Source: Candidatus Zambryskiibacteriota bacterium
GTDB taxonomy: Bacteria; Patescibacteriota; Minisyncoccia; Phycocordibacterales; DATDWN01
DNA: 47,147 nucleotides
NCBI GenBank assembly: GCA_026394815.1
Contig: JAPLZX010000006.1
Location: 1-47,147 of the forward strand
Reading direction: 5' to 3'
The position numbers and the translations under genes are program-made. The notes beneath the pieces were generated by a model. That model made no database searches. It saw only the letters and a list, made by a program, of their open reading frames with translations, and had not been told where the DNA came from. Position 1 is the first letter of the stretch, and the number at the start of each line of letters is the position of its first letter. Shown here piece after piece: positions 7,502 to 16,412 of the stretch.

Positions 7502-8862
7502 ATGACACAACAGATAGACAAACAGAATATAATAAAAAAAATAATAGGCAATGATTTTGTTTATTCCGAAACAATTTCTCCTTTATCAAATCTTTGCCAA
7601 TATCTGATAAATAAAAAAATTTCATCAAAGAAAGACTGGTTTATTTTTCATAACAAATTTTTGGAAGTTTTTATTGCTCAATACAAACCAACCATTGATC
7701 AATTAACATTTATTAGAGCAGTCTCATTAAACACAATTTTTAAAGACAATGGTTTCCCAAAAATTGGAAATTTTGCATCTGACGAGGTAGACAATATAAG
7801 ATTTGAACCAATTTTAAATAAAAACCTACTTTTAATAAATCGTGATTGTTTGCAAAACCTTATGAAAGAACCAGATGTGGAACTGAAAAAATTAGCTGTA
7901 ACTGAGTTAAATATTATAGAAAAAGAAATAGCTCGTATAGACAATATAATAAACAGAGTACCTGACATTTTAACTAAAGATTTATCTGGAGGATTGAAAA
8001 AAGTAAATGGTAAACCGAAAGTCACTGTAATAACCGCTTCATATAACTTGGCTTCGATGGTAGAAGAAACCATACGTTCTGTGGCAAACCAAAATTATGA
8101 CAGTTTTGAACATATTGTCATAGATGGTGCTTCAACTGACGGTTCAGTTGAAGTCCAGAGGATGCTTATTGGAAAGGTCTTAGACTAGCAAAAGGAGATT
8201 ACATTATGACATGTTATATATCAGATGGTTATTCTAATGTAGACTGGATAAGAAAATGTGCAGAGGCGTTGGATAAAAATAAAGATGTATCTCTGATTTG
8301 GGGCATACCTTGGAGCATAGATAGAAATAGCCACATGATAAATGCTAGATTTACAGAATTTGATTACACAGAACAACCTCAAAGAGAAGAGTTGTTTTAT
8401 TGTTGGATGAAAACAGGTTTAAGCGCAGTAGAAACTAATTTGTGTGTTAGAAAAGAAGTGTTGCTCGAGTGTTACCCCACCCTGAAAGAATGTGAAAAAG
8501 ATATTTTGGACTGGCAAGAATTTACATTTAGATTCAACTCCAGAGGATATTTAGCACTACATATACCAGTCATAGCAAATTATTCTCATATTGACCATGA
8601 AGGAAAATATATGATGAGACTTAAAAAAAGTGGAAAGTATAAAAGACAACTTGATACATATAATCTTAATATGAGTAATTATATAAAAAGTTTGGTTTTG
8701 GGTTCTCATATTCACAAATTCATTGATAGTCATGGAAATATCCTCCCAATAAAATTTGATAGAAAACGAGTAATCGTAGATTATATAAAAAATAAGATAA
8801 AGAAAAATAAAAAATATATTCAACCATCAAAGTATGTAGCATATGTTAAAAAACTGTGGTAA
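7502..8862 (+). pseudogene. GT2 glycosyltransferase with a ~175-aa N-terminal extension, split across two frames near 8150
   Basis: Frame 2 gives KVTVITASYNLASMVEETIRSVANQNYDSFEHIVIDGASTDGSVE and then stops at 8188. The expected continuation (SPEDAYWKGLRLAKGDYIMTCYISDGY...) is open in frame 1 from 8152 to 8862. Confidence 0.6.
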
Positions 8863-8871
8863 TTTAAGCCT

Positions 8872-9486
8872 ATGAAAAAATTACTGACAAAAAAAGAACT
8901 GATTGCGTTTGAAGAAGAAATTGCAGATTGCTTTAATAAAGCCATGATTAAGGCCCCCGTTCATCTTTATAACGGCAATGAGAATAATATGTTATCAGTA
9001 TTTAAACATATAAATAAAAATGATTGGGTATTATGTTCGTGGAGAAATCATTACCAATGTTTACTAAAGGGTGTACCAAAAAAACAATTAAAGACTGATA
9101 TCTTAGCTGGTCGTTCAATTTCTCTTTGTTATAAAAAATATAAAATTATATCTTCTGGTATTGTTGCAGGTGTTCTTCCTATAGCTGTGGGAATTGCCTT
9201 GGATATAAAAAACAAAAATAAAAGTAATAAGGTGTTTTGTTTTATGGGAGATATGACCTCTGAAACTGGTGTTGCACATGAGTGTATTAAATATTGTATT
9301 AATAAAAAATTACCTATACATTTTATTATTGAAGATAATAGTAAATCTGTTTGTACTATAACAAGAGAGGTGTGGGGTCTTAATAAATTAACCTATGAAG
9401 ACATAGTAAATAAATACATAACTTTTTATAAGTATGATGGAAGCAAGTATCCCCATGCAGGAAGCGGAAAAAGAATTCAATTTTAA
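8872..9486 (+). CDS. Truncated thiamine-diphosphate-dependent E1 alpha-like subunit
   Basis: 204 aa. PVHLYNGNE, WRNHYQCLLKG, SGIVAGVLPIAVGIAL and the TPP-binding pattern FMGDMTSETGVAHECIKYCINKKLPIHFIIEDNSKS align by eye with PdhA/E1-alpha. Confidence 0.7.
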   Translation: MKKLLTKKELIAFEEEIADCFNKAMIKAPVHLYNGNENNMLSVFKHINKNDWVLCSWRNHYQCLLKGVPKKQLKTDILAGRSISLCYKKYKIISSGIVAGVLPIAVGIALDIKNKNKSNKVFCFMGDMTSETGVAHECIKYCINKKLPIHFIIEDNSKSVCTITREVWGLNKLTYEDIVNKYITFYKYDGSKYPHAGSGKRIQF

Positions 9487-9501
9487 AATATAAAATATTA
9501 T

Positions 9502-10038
9502 ATGAAATATTTTGACGAATTAAAAAAATCAATGGAATGGTTGGCATCAAAGTCAGAAACCCTTTTTTTGGGACAAGCAGTTGAATATCCTGGTACCGCA
9601 ATGACAAACACATTGATAAACATACCAAAAAACAAATTACTTGAAATGCCTGTAGCTGAGGAAATGCAAATGGGAATTTCAATTGGATTAGCTGTAAATG
9701 GAACTGTCCCAATAAGTATCTACCCGAGATGGAATTTTTTATTATTAGCAACAAATCAGTTAGTTAATCATCTCGATAAAATGTCAACCTATTCAAAAGG
9801 TGAATTTACACCGAAAGTGATAATAAGAACGTCTATTGGTTCTGAAAGGCCTATTAATCCTCAAATTCAACACGTCGGAGATTATTCGGATGCATTTAAA
9901 TTAATGTTAAAAAATGTTGAAATTATAGTTTTAGATGAACCGGAACAAATACTACCAGCATATAAAAAAGCCTATCTGCGAAAAGATGGTAAATCAACAA
10001 TATTAGTTGAGTATGGTGATTATTATAACGAAAAATAA
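9502..10038 (+). CDS. Truncated E1 beta / transketolase pyrimidine-binding-domain-like subunit
   Basis: 178 aa. FLGQAVEYPGTAM...LLEMPVAEEMQMGISIGLAVNGTVPISIYPRWNFLLLATNQLVNHLDK resembles the N-terminal half of E1-beta. No C-terminal transketolase domain is present. Confidence 0.65.
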   Translation: MKYFDELKKSMEWLASKSETLFLGQAVEYPGTAMTNTLINIPKNKLLEMPVAEEMQMGISIGLAVNGTVPISIYPRWNFLLLATNQLVNHLDKMSTYSKGEFTPKVIIRTSIGSERPINPQIQHVGDYSDAFKLMLKNVEIIVLDEPEQILPAYKKAYLRKDGKSTILVEYGDYYNEK

Positions 10039-10056
10039 GAAACAGAAAATTAGAGC

Positions 10057-11097
10057 ATGAAAAAAGACACTATGGTATTAAAAGAAATGTTAGATAGGGA
10101 TGCTAAAAGAATTGCATCCAGCATAAATTTTCATAATTTATCAAATAAAAGCATATTGATAACCGGAGCTAATGGTTTGATTGGTATAAATTTTATAGCA
10201 TCACTGGTTGAAATAGCAACTAAAATCTCTGGAATTAAAATCTACTTAGTAATTCATTCATCCCTTTCTTTATTTTTATTGCCCTTTTTGAATGCTAGAA
10301 ATGTTTTTGTCTTTAAGGGTGACTTAACGGATGATCATTTTATTGAAACATTTCCTAATGTAGATATTATCATTCATACAGCAGGCTCTGGAATACCTAG
10401 TCAATTTTTAAATAATAAACTATCAACACTAAAAATAAACACCAAAACCACTCTAAAATTATTTGAAAAACTAAATATTGGCGGTAAATTTTTATTTATT
10501 AGTAGTAGTGATTTGTATAATGGATTAGATGCAGAAGTGTGTTCCGAGAATCAAATTGGGACAACTAATACAGACCACCCACGAGCATGTTACATAGAGG
10601 GTAAAAGGGTGGGAGAAACCATCTGTAATATATATCAGGAAATGGGGGTCGATGCTTATTCGGTTAGACTTTCATTAACTTATGGTCCAGGAACATCCTA
10701 CGACGACAGTAGGGTTTTACCATCTTTTATTCGCAAAGCTTTAGATGGGCAGATTGATTTACTTGATTCAGGTAAGGCTTCTAGAACATTTTGTTATATA
10801 TCAGATGCTATAGAGTTAATGTGGTTTGTTCTGCTTAATGGAAAGCATTGCTTATATAATATTGGGGGCAATGAAAAAATTGAAATTTGCAATCTAGCTG
10901 AGATGATCGGTAAAATCCTACATGTACCAGTAAACTATCCCGCAATTAACTCCGGTATAATGGGTGCTCCTCATAATGTTGAGATTGATATCAGTAGAAT
11001 TCTTCTAGAATCAAAAAAAAATAAATTTGTAAGTTTAAAGGAAGGATTAGCAAATACGATTAATTGGTTCAGACTATTAAAAAATATGAAGCATTAG
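10057..11097 (+). CDS. NAD-dependent sugar epimerase/dehydratase/reductase (extended SDR, UXS-like active-site context)
   Basis: Rossmann motif ILITGANGLIGINF and catalytic ACYIEGKRVGE (YxxxK, similar to the YDEGKR of UDP-glucuronate decarboxylases). Confidence 0.75.
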   Translation: MKKDTMVLKEMLDRDAKRIASSINFHNLSNKSILITGANGLIGINFIASLVEIATKISGIKIYLVIHSSLSLFLLPFLNARNVFVFKGDLTDDHFIETFPNVDIIIHTAGSGIPSQFLNNKLSTLKINTKTTLKLFEKLNIGGKFLFISSSDLYNGLDAEVCSENQIGTTNTDHPRACYIEGKRVGETICNIYQEMGVDAYSVRLSLTYGPGTSYDDSRVLPSFIRKALDGQIDLLDSGKASRTFCYISDAIELMWFVLLNGKHCLYNIGGNEKIEICNLAEMIGKILHVPVNYPAINSGIMGAPHNVEIDISRILLESKKNKFVSLKEGLANTINWFRLLKNMKH

Positions 11098-11146
11098 TAT
11101 GGGGGAGGGTAAAAATCAGATTATAAAATAACAATAAATTAATCAA

Positions 11147-12313
11147 ATGATAAAATTAATCAAATCAACTTTCAATAAAGAAAAGGCCACAAAAGACGCT
11201 TTGTGCAAATTCATAAAACAATCAAAGCAACTATCTATTGGTAAAATGTGCTCTGAATTTGAAAGTAAATTTTCTCGTTGGCAAGGAAGAAAATATTCTG
11301 TTATGTTCAACAGTGGAAGTTCTGCCAATCTCGCCTTAATTCAGGTTCTTATAAATTTAAAAAAAATAAAAGAGGAGGATAGTGTAGGATTTTCAGCTGT
11401 AACCTGGGCAACAAACATTATGCCTCTCATAAGCCTGAAACTTAATCCAATACCTATTGATATAGAACTTGAAACTTTAAACATCTCATCAAAAAAAGTT
11501 ATCGAGGCATACAAAAAAAATAAATTTAAGTTTTTGTTTATTACAAACGTTTTAGGATATTGCCACGATATAGATAATATAAAAGAATTCTGCAAAAAAA
11601 ATAACATATTACTTATTGAGGATAACTGTGAATCTTTGGGTTCGGAATATAAAAAAACCAAACTAGGAAACTTTAGTCTTGCTTCTACTTTTTCTTTTTA
11701 TGTTGGGCATCATTTATCAACCATAGAAGGCGGGATGGTCTGCACTGATGATTTAGAGATAGACACCATGCTTCGAATAGTTCGCTCTCACGGAATGGAT
11801 CGCCATCTATCCGAAAGTGAGCAAAAAAGATTACGGTTGGAATACAAAGTAGATGCATTTTATGGAAAATTCGCTTTTTACGACATAGGATACAATTTTC
11901 GCCCAACTGAAATAAATGGTTTTCTCGGGGTTAATCAATTACAATATCTTGATGAAATGGTAAGTAACCGTGAAAAAAATTATAAAAAACTTGAAAAAAT
12001 ATATCTGAATAATGATTTCATAAAAATTGAAACAACTGGTTTAACTAAAATTTCAAATTTTGCTTTCCCTCTCATATGTAAAACAAAAAATATCAAAGAA
12101 AAATATATGGATATCGCCAAAAAAACTGGAATTGAAATACGACCTATTGTTGCGGGTTGCATAAACAAACATGCTTTTTATAAAAAGCACGTCGCTACTA
12201 AACATAAATTACCAAATGCGGAAACTGTTCATGAACTAGGCTTCTATTTTGGAAATAACGCAGAAATGACCAGAGACGAAATTAACACTTTGGTAAGAGT
12301 TTTTTCAAAATAA
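11147..12313 (+). CDS. colD: DegT/DnrJ/EryC1-family PLP enzyme with His at the PLP-lysine position: GDP-4-keto-6-deoxy-D-mannose 3-dehydratase (ColD)-like
   Basis: KYSVMFNSGSSANLALI, LLIEDNCESLG, STFSFYVGHHLSTIEGGMVCTDDLEIDTMLRIVRSHGMDR, GYNFRPTEINGFLG and GIEIRPIVAG track my recollection of E. coli ColD. The codon where aminotransferases have Lys is CAT (11708-11710). Confidence 0.65.
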   Translation: MIKLIKSTFNKEKATKDALCKFIKQSKQLSIGKMCSEFESKFSRWQGRKYSVMFNSGSSANLALIQVLINLKKIKEEDSVGFSAVTWATNIMPLISLKLNPIPIDIELETLNISSKKVIEAYKKNKFKFLFITNVLGYCHDIDNIKEFCKKNNILLIEDNCESLGSEYKKTKLGNFSLASTFSFYVGHHLSTIEGGMVCTDDLEIDTMLRIVRSHGMDRHLSESEQKRLRLEYKVDAFYGKFAFYDIGYNFRPTEINGFLGVNQLQYLDEMVSNREKNYKKLEKIYLNNDFIKIETTGLTKISNFAFPLICKTKNIKEKYMDIAKKTGIEIRPIVAGCINKHAFYKKHVATKHKLPNAETVHELGFYFGNNAEMTRDEINTLVRVFSK

Positions 12314-12322
12314 ACACTTAAA

Positions 12323-13123
12323 ATGACATTCGTAGAAAAGATAAAAAAAATAATAGTTGATCCAAAAAAATATTGGAAAAACAGTAAAACTATAATGAAT
12401 TATTTTGGGAACTTTATAAAAAAAGTTTTGTTTATAAATAATATTCAGGAATGGCAAAAAAATAGAAATCAGATAAAATTTTATAAAAAATATATTATCA
12501 AAACAAACAAATTAATTTTTGATATCGGAGCAAATGTTGGTAAAAAGACTGACCTTTTTCTTAGACTTGAATATGTCGTAATAGTAGTCGAACCTCAATC
12601 CTTGATTGTAGCAGGTCTGCGTAAAAAATATCAAGATAATCCCAGAGTAATAGTAGAAGAATGTGGTATTGGGAAAGAAGAAGGAGAAGCTCAAATCAAT
12701 ATTTCCACAAAATACCCAGGGTTCTCTAGTTTCATTAAGGAGTGGCAAAAAGGAACAAAATATCATAGCTTTGAAAAAACGGAGAAAGTTAAATTGACCA
12801 CCCTTGATAAACTTATCAGTAAATATGGCCTACCAGATTTTTGTAAAATAGACGTTGAAGACTTCGAACATGAAGTTCTACTGGGACTATCGAGTAAAAT
12901 CCCAATGATAAATTTCGAATTTCACTCAAATAACAAGGAACAATTACTGTGGTGTTTGTCTAGATTGCAAACAATCGGCTATGATAGTTTTAACTTCGTG
13001 GTAGACGAAAATTCCATAATGTCTTCTGATATATGGTTGACTATAGATGAATTATTGACCAAGATAGAAACTCTTGAGAAAAATAGTAAAATTGTCATTT
13101 TGGGAGATGTATACGCAAAATAG
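12323..13123 (+). CDS. FkbM-family SAM-dependent methyltransferase
   Basis: IFDIGANVGKKTDLF...VVIVVEPQ...FCKIDVEDFEHEVLLG matches the FkbM pattern. Confidence 0.75.
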   Translation: MTFVEKIKKIIVDPKKYWKNSKTIMNYFGNFIKKVLFINNIQEWQKNRNQIKFYKKYIIKTNKLIFDIGANVGKKTDLFLRLEYVVIVVEPQSLIVAGLRKKYQDNPRVIVEECGIGKEEGEAQINISTKYPGFSSFIKEWQKGTKYHSFEKTEKVKLTTLDKLISKYGLPDFCKIDVEDFEHEVLLGLSSKIPMINFEFHSNNKEQLLWCLSRLQTIGYDSFNFVVDENSIMSSDIWLTIDELLTKIETLEKNSKIVILGDVYAK

Positions 13124-13169
13124 CATAATAAAGTAACTAAATTTAACATCAATAATATAGTTAAAACTT

Positions 13170-14486
13170 ATGAATCAAAACATATCTGTTGTGGGACTTG
13201 GTAAATTAGGAGCTTGTATGTTAGCTGTCTATGCGAGTAAAAAATATAGCGTCATCGGAGTGGATAAAAATCTTGATTATGTAAACTCTATAAATAATGG
13301 GGTTGCTCCGGTAGAAGAAACAGATTTGCAAAAATATATAACCAAAAACCTTAAGAGGATAAGAGCTACTAGAAATTATACTGAGGCAATAAGTAAAACA
13401 GAAATTACTTTTATAATAGTACCAACTCCAACAGATAAAACAGGAGGGTTTTCTGTGGAATATGTTATCAATGCATGTATAGATATTGGAAAAAATATAA
13501 AAAACAAAAATAAATACCATCTGGTCGTTTTAACCAGCACTGTATTACCCTTAGATTGTCACAAAAAAATTATTCCTGTTCTTGAAAAATACTCTGGAAA
13601 AACTTGTGGGGTAGACTTTGGTTTCTGCTATAGTCCAGAATTTATAGCAATAGGTTCTGTAATTCATAATCTACTTAACCCTGATTTCTTTTTGATTGGC
13701 CAATTTGATAAAAAATCTGGAGATATTTTGGAATCTTTTTATTCTACAACATGTAATAATAATTCAACAATAAAAAGAATGTCCATTCCTAATGCTGAGT
13801 TAACTAAGATTAGTTTGAACCATTTCATAACCATGAAAATTACTTATGCTAACATGTTAGCAGAAATTGCCGATAAATTACCTAGTGGAAATATAGATAT
13901 TATAACTGATGCTATTGGTAGTGATGTAAGAGTGGGGAAAAAATATCTAAAGGGTGGACTAGGATTTGGTGGCCCTTGTTTTCCTAGAGACAATAGAGCA
14001 TTCGTTTACATGGCTAAAAAAATAAAAATTAAGACTCCATTTGCCCAAATTACAGATAATTACAACAAGAGTATCGAGGAAAGAATGATTAAACTAATAC
14101 TGGAAAGATCAACACATAGTTCTAAAATAGGCATAATGGGATTAAGCTATAAACCAGATACTGGTTTTTGTGAGGAATCGCAAGGATTAAATATTGCCAA
14201 AAAACTAGCAACAATGGGTTATAAAATAAATGCTTTTGAAAGTAATGGTTTTAAACATGCCAAAATATTGTTGGGTAAATCCGTTAATTACAAAAAGAAT
14301 ATTAATGAATTTGTAAATAATTCAGATGTTATTTTTTTAACTAATTTTGACAAAAAAAATCAGAATCTTAAGAAATACTGTAAGAAAAAAACAATTATCA
14401 TTGATCCTTGGCGACAGTTTTCTAATAATGATTTCCCAAAAACGATATTGTATAGACCAATAGGTATTAATGATCTAAAAATATAA
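13170..14486 (+). CDS. Nucleotide-sugar 6-dehydrogenase (UDP-glucose/GDP-mannose dehydrogenase family); substrate unknown
   Basis: N-terminal ISVVGLGKLGACMLAV Rossmann motif and catalytic-Cys motif GLGFGGPCFPRDN. Length 438 aa. Confidence 0.85.
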   Translation: MNQNISVVGLGKLGACMLAVYASKKYSVIGVDKNLDYVNSINNGVAPVEETDLQKYITKNLKRIRATRNYTEAISKTEITFIIVPTPTDKTGGFSVEYVINACIDIGKNIKNKNKYHLVVLTSTVLPLDCHKKIIPVLEKYSGKTCGVDFGFCYSPEFIAIGSVIHNLLNPDFFLIGQFDKKSGDILESFYSTTCNNNSTIKRMSIPNAELTKISLNHFITMKITYANMLAEIADKLPSGNIDIITDAIGSDVRVGKKYLKGGLGFGGPCFPRDNRAFVYMAKKIKIKTPFAQITDNYNKSIEERMIKLILERSTHSSKIGIMGLSYKPDTGFCEESQGLNIAKKLATMGYKINAFESNGFKHAKILLGKSVNYKKNINEFVNNSDVIFLTNFDKKNQNLKKYCKKKTIIIDPWRQFSNNDFPKTILYRPIGINDLKI

Positions 14487-14487
14487 A

Positions 14488-15393
14488 ATGATAATAATGA
14501 AAATGAGTGGTAGATTGGGTAATCAAATGTTTCAGTACGCCCTTGGAAGACATTTGTCAATAATAAACAACCAACCTTTAAAAATTAGCCATCTTACTTA
14601 TCCTAAGGCTAAGATTAAACCAGATTCATATAAAGATTCGTGTAATTTTAATTTGTTTCAGTTTGATATAAAAGCGCAATCAATTACAAAAGAAGAGTTG
14701 GTTGATTTTGGTCATATACCTTTTTTAAAAAAGGTATATTCTAGTATAGAGATTTATTTTTTTAAAAATACATATTATAAACAAACCAGTGTAAAAGAAC
14801 CTGTTGGTAATAACCAAATATTTGACCAAAGAATTTTAAAATTTCCATATAAAGACGTATACTTTAGGGGTTTTTGGCAATCAGAAAAATATTTTATTGA
14901 TATACGCGACGTAATTATTAGTGATTTTACTGTTAAAGAACCTCCTGATAAATACAACTCTTCTGTAATTGAAAAAATTAATAGCACTAATTCTATTAGT
15001 CTACATTTTAGACGAGGAAACAATACTAATCCGGATAATTCTGTTGGGACACTTTCATTCGACTATTACCAAAAAGCTGTGGATTACATCACAAACAAAA
15101 TTAAAGACCCGCATTTTTATATTTTTTCAGATGATATTGTGTGGGTAAAAAATAATTTTAAGATTAACTTTCCCCATACTTATATTGAGAATGATTTAGA
15201 CAAAGATTGTGATGACATTCGGCTAATGAGTAACTGCAAACACCATATAACAGCTAATAGCACTTTTAGTTGGTGGGGTGCGTGGTTATGTACCAATCCA
15301 AATAAAATTGTTGTCGTTCCAGAACGAAATGCTCAAAATATAGACAGGTTAAATCCAGATCTTTATCCGGAATCATGGATTAAAATCAAATAA
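14488..15393 (+). CDS. GT11 alpha-1,2-fucosyltransferase-like glycosyltransferase (copy 1)
   Basis: GRLGNQMFQYALGRHLS, SLHFRRGN and ANSTFSWWGAWL are the three GT11 signature motifs. Confidence 0.85.
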   Translation: MIIMKMSGRLGNQMFQYALGRHLSIINNQPLKISHLTYPKAKIKPDSYKDSCNFNLFQFDIKAQSITKEELVDFGHIPFLKKVYSSIEIYFFKNTYYKQTSVKEPVGNNQIFDQRILKFPYKDVYFRGFWQSEKYFIDIRDVIISDFTVKEPPDKYNSSVIEKINSTNSISLHFRRGNNTNPDNSVGTLSFDYYQKAVDYITNKIKDPHFYIFSDDIVWVKNNFKINFPHTYIENDLDKDCDDIRLMSNCKHHITANSTFSWWGAWLCTNPNKIVVVPERNAQNIDRLNPDLYPESWIKIK

Positions 15394-15398
15394 TTATT

Positions 15399-16412
15399 AT
15401 GTTACAATTTAATAAAATGACTAAAACAAAAATTAAAAAAGCCTTGGTTCTCGGAGCGGGCGGTTTTATTGGAAGCCATTTAGTGAAGGATTTGAAAAAA
15501 AGAGGATACTTTGTAAAAGGGGTTGATCTCAAAAAACCTGAGTATAGTAAAAGTGGAGCTGATGAATTTGTTATTGGAGATCTCCGAGATCAGAAAATGT
15601 GTAAAAAAGTAATTGATCGGCCTTTTGATGAGGTTTATCAACTCGCAGCAGACATGGGTGGTGCCGGATATATTTTTAGCGGAGAACATGATGCTGATGT
15701 TATGCATAATTCTGCAACAATAAATTTAAATGTATCCTATTATGGACAAAAAGCTGGTATAAAAAAAATCTTTTACTCTTCATCAGCATGTATATATCCA
15801 GCATATAACCAGAAAGACCCCGACAATCCAAATTGTGCCGAAAAATCGGCTTATCCAGCTGCACCAGATAGTGAGTATGGTTGGGAAAAACTTTTTAGTG
15901 AACGACTGTATCTTTCATTTAGAAGAAATTATGGATTGGATGTACGTATTGCCCGTTTCCATAACATCTTTGGCCCAGAGGGAACATGGCGAGGCGGAAA
16001 AGAAAAAGCACCAGCTGCAATTTGTAGAAAAGTTGCTGAAGCAAAAGATGGGGGCACAATAGAAATGTGGGGAGATGGCAAACAGACTAGGTCTTTCCTT
16101 TATATTGATGAGTGTCTTAAGGGAATAAGAAAATTAATGGATAGTAAAAATTTTTTCGGCCCTGTAAATATAGGGTCTGATGAAATGGTAACAATAAATA
16201 AACTGGCAGAAATCGCTATGAAAATTGGCGACAAGAAGTTGTTCATAAAACACCTCCCAGGACCACTTGGGGTTAGGGGTAGAAACTCAGATAATAAATT
16301 AATAAAAAAATCTCTCGGTTGGAAACCAGAAATGAGGTTAGAAGAAGGAATTAAGAAAACATATGAATGGATTGAAAACCAAGTAAAAATAAAAGCCTTT
16401 AATGTAAAATGA
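15399..16412 (+). CDS. GDP-mannose 3,5-epimerase-like SDR
   Basis: LAADMGGAGYIF, YSSSACIYP, EYGWEKLFSE and ARFHNIFGPEGTWRGGKEKAPAAICRKV closely parallel plant/bacterial GME (GRFHNIYGPFGTWKGGREKAPAAFCRK). The start could instead be the ATG at 15417. Confidence 0.8.
   Translation: MLQFNKMTKTKIKKALVLGAGGFIGSHLVKDLKKRGYFVKGVDLKKPEYSKSGADEFVIGDLRDQKMCKKVIDRPFDEVYQLAADMGGAGYIFSGEHDADVMHNSATINLNVSYYGQKAGIKKIFYSSSACIYPAYNQKDPDNPNCAEKSAYPAAPDSEYGWEKLFSERLYLSFRRNYGLDVRIARFHNIFGPEGTWRGGKEKAPAAICRKVAEAKDGGTIEMWGDGKQTRSFLYIDECLKGIRKLMDSKNFFGPVNIGSDEMVTINKLAEIAMKIGDKKLFIKHLPGPLGVRGRNSDNKLIKKSLGWKPEMRLEEGIKKTYEWIENQVKIKAFNVK

Noticed and set aside
10057-14486. An Arn-type UDP-4-amino-arabinose pathway (Ugd plus ArnA-like decarboxylase plus ArnB-like aminotransferase)
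   Set aside because: The DegT-family protein has His instead of the Schiff-base Lys and matches ColD-type dehydratases, so a transamination step is unlikely. The dehydrogenase and SDR may still act on a UDP-sugar, so this is disfavoured rather than excluded.
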